Shown piece after piece: positions 60,611 to 64,000 of a stretch of DNA of 64,000 nucleotides. The notes beneath the pieces were generated by a model, which searched no databases, was not told the DNA's origin, and saw only the letters and a list, made by a program, of their open reading frames with translations. The stretch covers positions 6,510,001 through 6,574,000 of the forward strand of contig NC_043009.1 in the NCBI RefSeq assembly GCF_006345805.1, written 5' to 3'. This DNA is from Octopus sinensis (lineage: Eukaryota). How positions within the stretch are numbered: position 1 is the first letter of the stretch; every line of letters starts with the position of its first letter. A program made the translations under genes and the position numbers.

Positions 60611-62771
60611 CAATAAATTATCAATTAATAATGCTATTAGCACAATGTTATATAAAAATGAAAGTGAAATATGAAAACCGATCTATTTGAAATACATCAT
60701 GCTATATACCAACCTTCAAATATGGCATATTAAATAAAAACTCAAACCCAGCTTAGGTTTTGTGTAAAGCGAGAATTAACATGTTTTAATACGCTTGGAT
60801 ATGTCATATTTAATAATTCATTAAGTATCACCATATTAACATATGCTTTATAAATATCGTGTTTGCGTTTCTTTACTATCTTCCCCATAAAAAAATCTAT
60901 ATTTATTTCGACCTTAGTTTGTGTAATTTTAACAAGGACTTGGAAAATATGATTAATATAATTTCTGCCTGGAGGAATTTCGATTGAATTAATTACACAC
61001 TCATAATGCGGTCTTGTACATGAACGAACATTTATCAAACTCAAACTTCTTGTGGCCATCACAAAATGAGCTAGGTACGGTTTATGGTAAATCTGATTCT
61101 TTTCAGTTACATGCACAATCCATCTGAAGGAGTTTTGTACTGTTTACCTCTGCCTAGTTTCATTCAAACTGTATGGGTTAACCAAGGGCTATAAAAAGTA
61201 ACAGTTGCCCAAAATCGAGAGCACGTAGTTAGGAATCGACATTCTTAAATCCGTGGCCATACTGTGCCACACAACTGCAGTGTACATAGGCAATAAATAA
61301 CGATGAAAATAAACATAGTTAATGGTGTATTGCAAATTTAGCGGTACATAATACGTCGAACAACCATTCTAAGGAAGTGTTACCGCATCTTATTACAACC
61401 ACTGCAATAATTTTATGGTCACTCAATATAACATAAATTTCTCATGTCCAAAAGTAATACAAAAACACAAACAAACACATTTTGAACACATCATCAAAAA
61501 TGTATAGAGTGACACACATGGGATCGGATATATTCATCTATGGTGAAGAATTAAGGAACCACACCTGTCAGAATAATTTCTTCGTGTTAGAGGAAATAAT
61601 TCTTTTCTCTTAGACAAAGAGTTAGTTCAAAAATGCTCTCTTCTCACTACGGCATACAAACTTATCCAAAGTCAAGCACTTCAGGAACTAATTTACGTGT
61701 GATTATTCCATTAATGAGCGCAGTTGCGTGACAAAAATAATTTGTGTATTTGGGTCATAATCATAAGTTTGTGTATTCAGTTCTGACGCAGGTGGTGCGT
61801 TATACATTTGAGCAAGGCATTTTATATGAAGTTATTTTTTGTTGGTCCGGTGGTCCGGTTCCTTTAACCGTATACTGATACACTCCCCTGTCTAGTTTCT
61901 TGGGTGGCATACCCGTGTCTATGCAGTAACAGGAAAGCAAAGTATGACTTGGTACATGCTATAAAACTATACTCGCCCGGGAATGACGACTATCTGTACT
62001 TTACTTCGCTAATATATGGGTTAACGCTTCCAAGACAATCAACGATATTTGCTAATTGCCACGTTCAATGAAATGCTGCCGTAGAGTAGTATTTTTTCTA
62101 GAGACAGTCTTAAAATATGCAAGTGCTTAAGAATTGCGCTTAAAATTGTAGCAGATTTCAGCAAACAGCAATTTCAACATCAACAGCAGCAGGTTCAGGA
62201 ATAGCAGTAACAGTTTAGTTATCTAGCTAACTGACCAGCACATATTAACCTGGAAACATTAAAATTACCGATCAAATTGCAGTTGACTGGAAAGACAACT
62301 ATGCAACGAAAGAGAAATTATTATTATCATATTACTGATGGGTGTTACACAAAATCTCGATTTAATTTCCACTTCAGCTTTCAATTTGTGCCAATTTTGA
62401 TGTAATGCAAACACAGAAAGAATGAAAAACACACAAATATTAAGGGGAAAAAAAAGCGGTACTTGAATTTTAAGCAACGCACTATACTTTTAAAATTTAA
62501 TGATTTTTTTTTCTCTCCTGTTCAGAAATATGGATTTTAATTTTATGCCTTAAGCAGCAGGCAATAATGATTTTAATATTTTACAGAGAGGCGAATTTGT
62601 TTAATTTTTCCTTTTTTCCATATATTTATTTATTTATTCGTTTATCTATTATTTTATTTGTTTGTTTGAGAAAGAGATTAATGTTAAATCTTAAGCCGAT
62701 TACAGAGTAAATGAACGAGAAAAATGAAGGTGTTAATAGGGAAAGACGATTAGATGATGAAATTATATATA

Positions 62772-62829
<58 letters not shown>

Positions 62830-63063
62830 AATACAGTTATGTATGCGTGTGTACAATCTTTTTCCTGTCTAATATGTGTATATATATATGCGGATATATA
62901 TATATATAATATTTATACATTCTATATATATATATTATATGTATATATTATATAATGTATATGTATATAATATATTTTATATATATATATAATATTTATA
63001 TATGTTACATATATATATATATATGTATATACTATATAATGTATATGTATATAATATATTACG

Positions 63064-63129
<66 letters not shown>

Positions 63130-63889
63130 CATTTATATATTCACACATATGTCGTATCTAACTTGAACGTTATCCACATATTTGTAACATCAATCTCCAT
63201 CTTTTGACACACTCTCCTTTAGGAGACACTTTCTAAATCATTTGAATTGTGAATTCTCTCTATGACCAGATGACATCCTAAGTTAAGGCATTCATGCCTT
63301 TTTTACTTTTTCTTTCAAACATATCATTGACATACAAATACTGGAATTGTGTTTGCCAGCAATCAATACGAGGCGGTGCATTTGCTTCGCCAAAAGCTTC
63401 ATGACAACTTTCTCCACATTCATCCGATCAAATTGATGCTTTATTTAAGCAGAGCTAACACGGGAATTCGGATTGACAAATGTTCATTCTTTCTCAAGGC
63501 CGCATCAAGAGTAATTAATTCAATCCTAATTCATTCAGGTAGAAATTCTATTAATTATTTTTCATAAATACTTAACGGAATTACACAAAATATGGTCAGA
63601 ATCAATATATAATTTTTTAAGGCGGGGAATAGTATAGAAAAGCAAATATGGTGTATGTAAAGCTTATGTCAACGTAGTGTTGCTAAGTAAATTATTAATT
63701 ATGACACGTCCATCAGATTTTCTTTTTAAATGCTAATTCTTGCTTAACCGATCATTAAAGCTGGTTTTGTCCGTTCGCTTATATAAGATTGTCTGTTGGT
63801 ATATAAGATTAACATATATAATTTAGGGGTGCGGTAATTCAAACATCTTGCTCTTCATATGTTTTATTTTCAATATATGTAACATGTAA

Positions 63890-64000
63890 GGAAGCTAGCT
63901 GGCAGAAACGTTAGGACGCCGAGCGAAGTGCTTAGCGGTATTTCGTCTGCCGTTACGTTCTGAGTTCAAATTCCGCCGAGGCTGACTTTGCCTTTCATCC
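63890..64000 (+). mobile_element. SINE family B, running off the window end
   Basis: AGCTGGCAGAAACGTTAGGACGCCGAGCGAAGTGCTTAGCGGTATTTCGTCTGCCGTTACGTTCTGAGTTCAAATTCCGCC. Confidence 0.88.

Noticed and set aside
60742-61116. 124-aa minus-strand ORF
   Set aside because: No recognisable motif or splice context; compatible with chance in AT-rich DNA.

Overview
Eukaryotic, AT-rich, microsatellite-dense DNA. The SINE families and repeat landscape look like an Octopus (coleoid cephalopod) genome; this is inferred from pattern recognition. No host protein-coding gene is confidently recognisable, so the window appears intergenic or intronic. Content: a near full-length Tx1-clade (L1 group) LINE (937-7035, -) and two 5'-truncated relatives, all embedded in (AGAT)n arrays; two copies of a ~2.1 kb ORF1-only Tx1-type element; many tRNA-derived SINEs; remnants of mariner/Tc1, Ty3/Gypsy, CR1, R4/Dong and a Helitron-like element; hammerhead-ribozyme-bearing fold-back repeats. 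Most notable is an apparent target-specific Tx1 retrotransposon system. (1) The autonomous LINE sits in (GATA)n. (2) The ORF1-only, pol-less element is inserted twice at the same nucleotide of a tRNA-derived SINE head with a 13-bp duplication. Its two 5' UTRs are largely unalignable, yet both carry an intron-like GT-AG unit at the same position. (3) A SINE subfamily with a Tx1-like 3' tail lies inside heads of its own SINE family. All three share a 3'-terminal TCTGTG..GCC-loop-GG(C)..A(A/G)TAAA motif with covarying pairs. Second highlight: a minimal type I hammerhead with a compensatory G3:C8 core swap in a ~200 bp repeat, plus a canonical minimal hammerhead inside a 400 bp inverted repeat. 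Boundaries of degraded elements are approximate.
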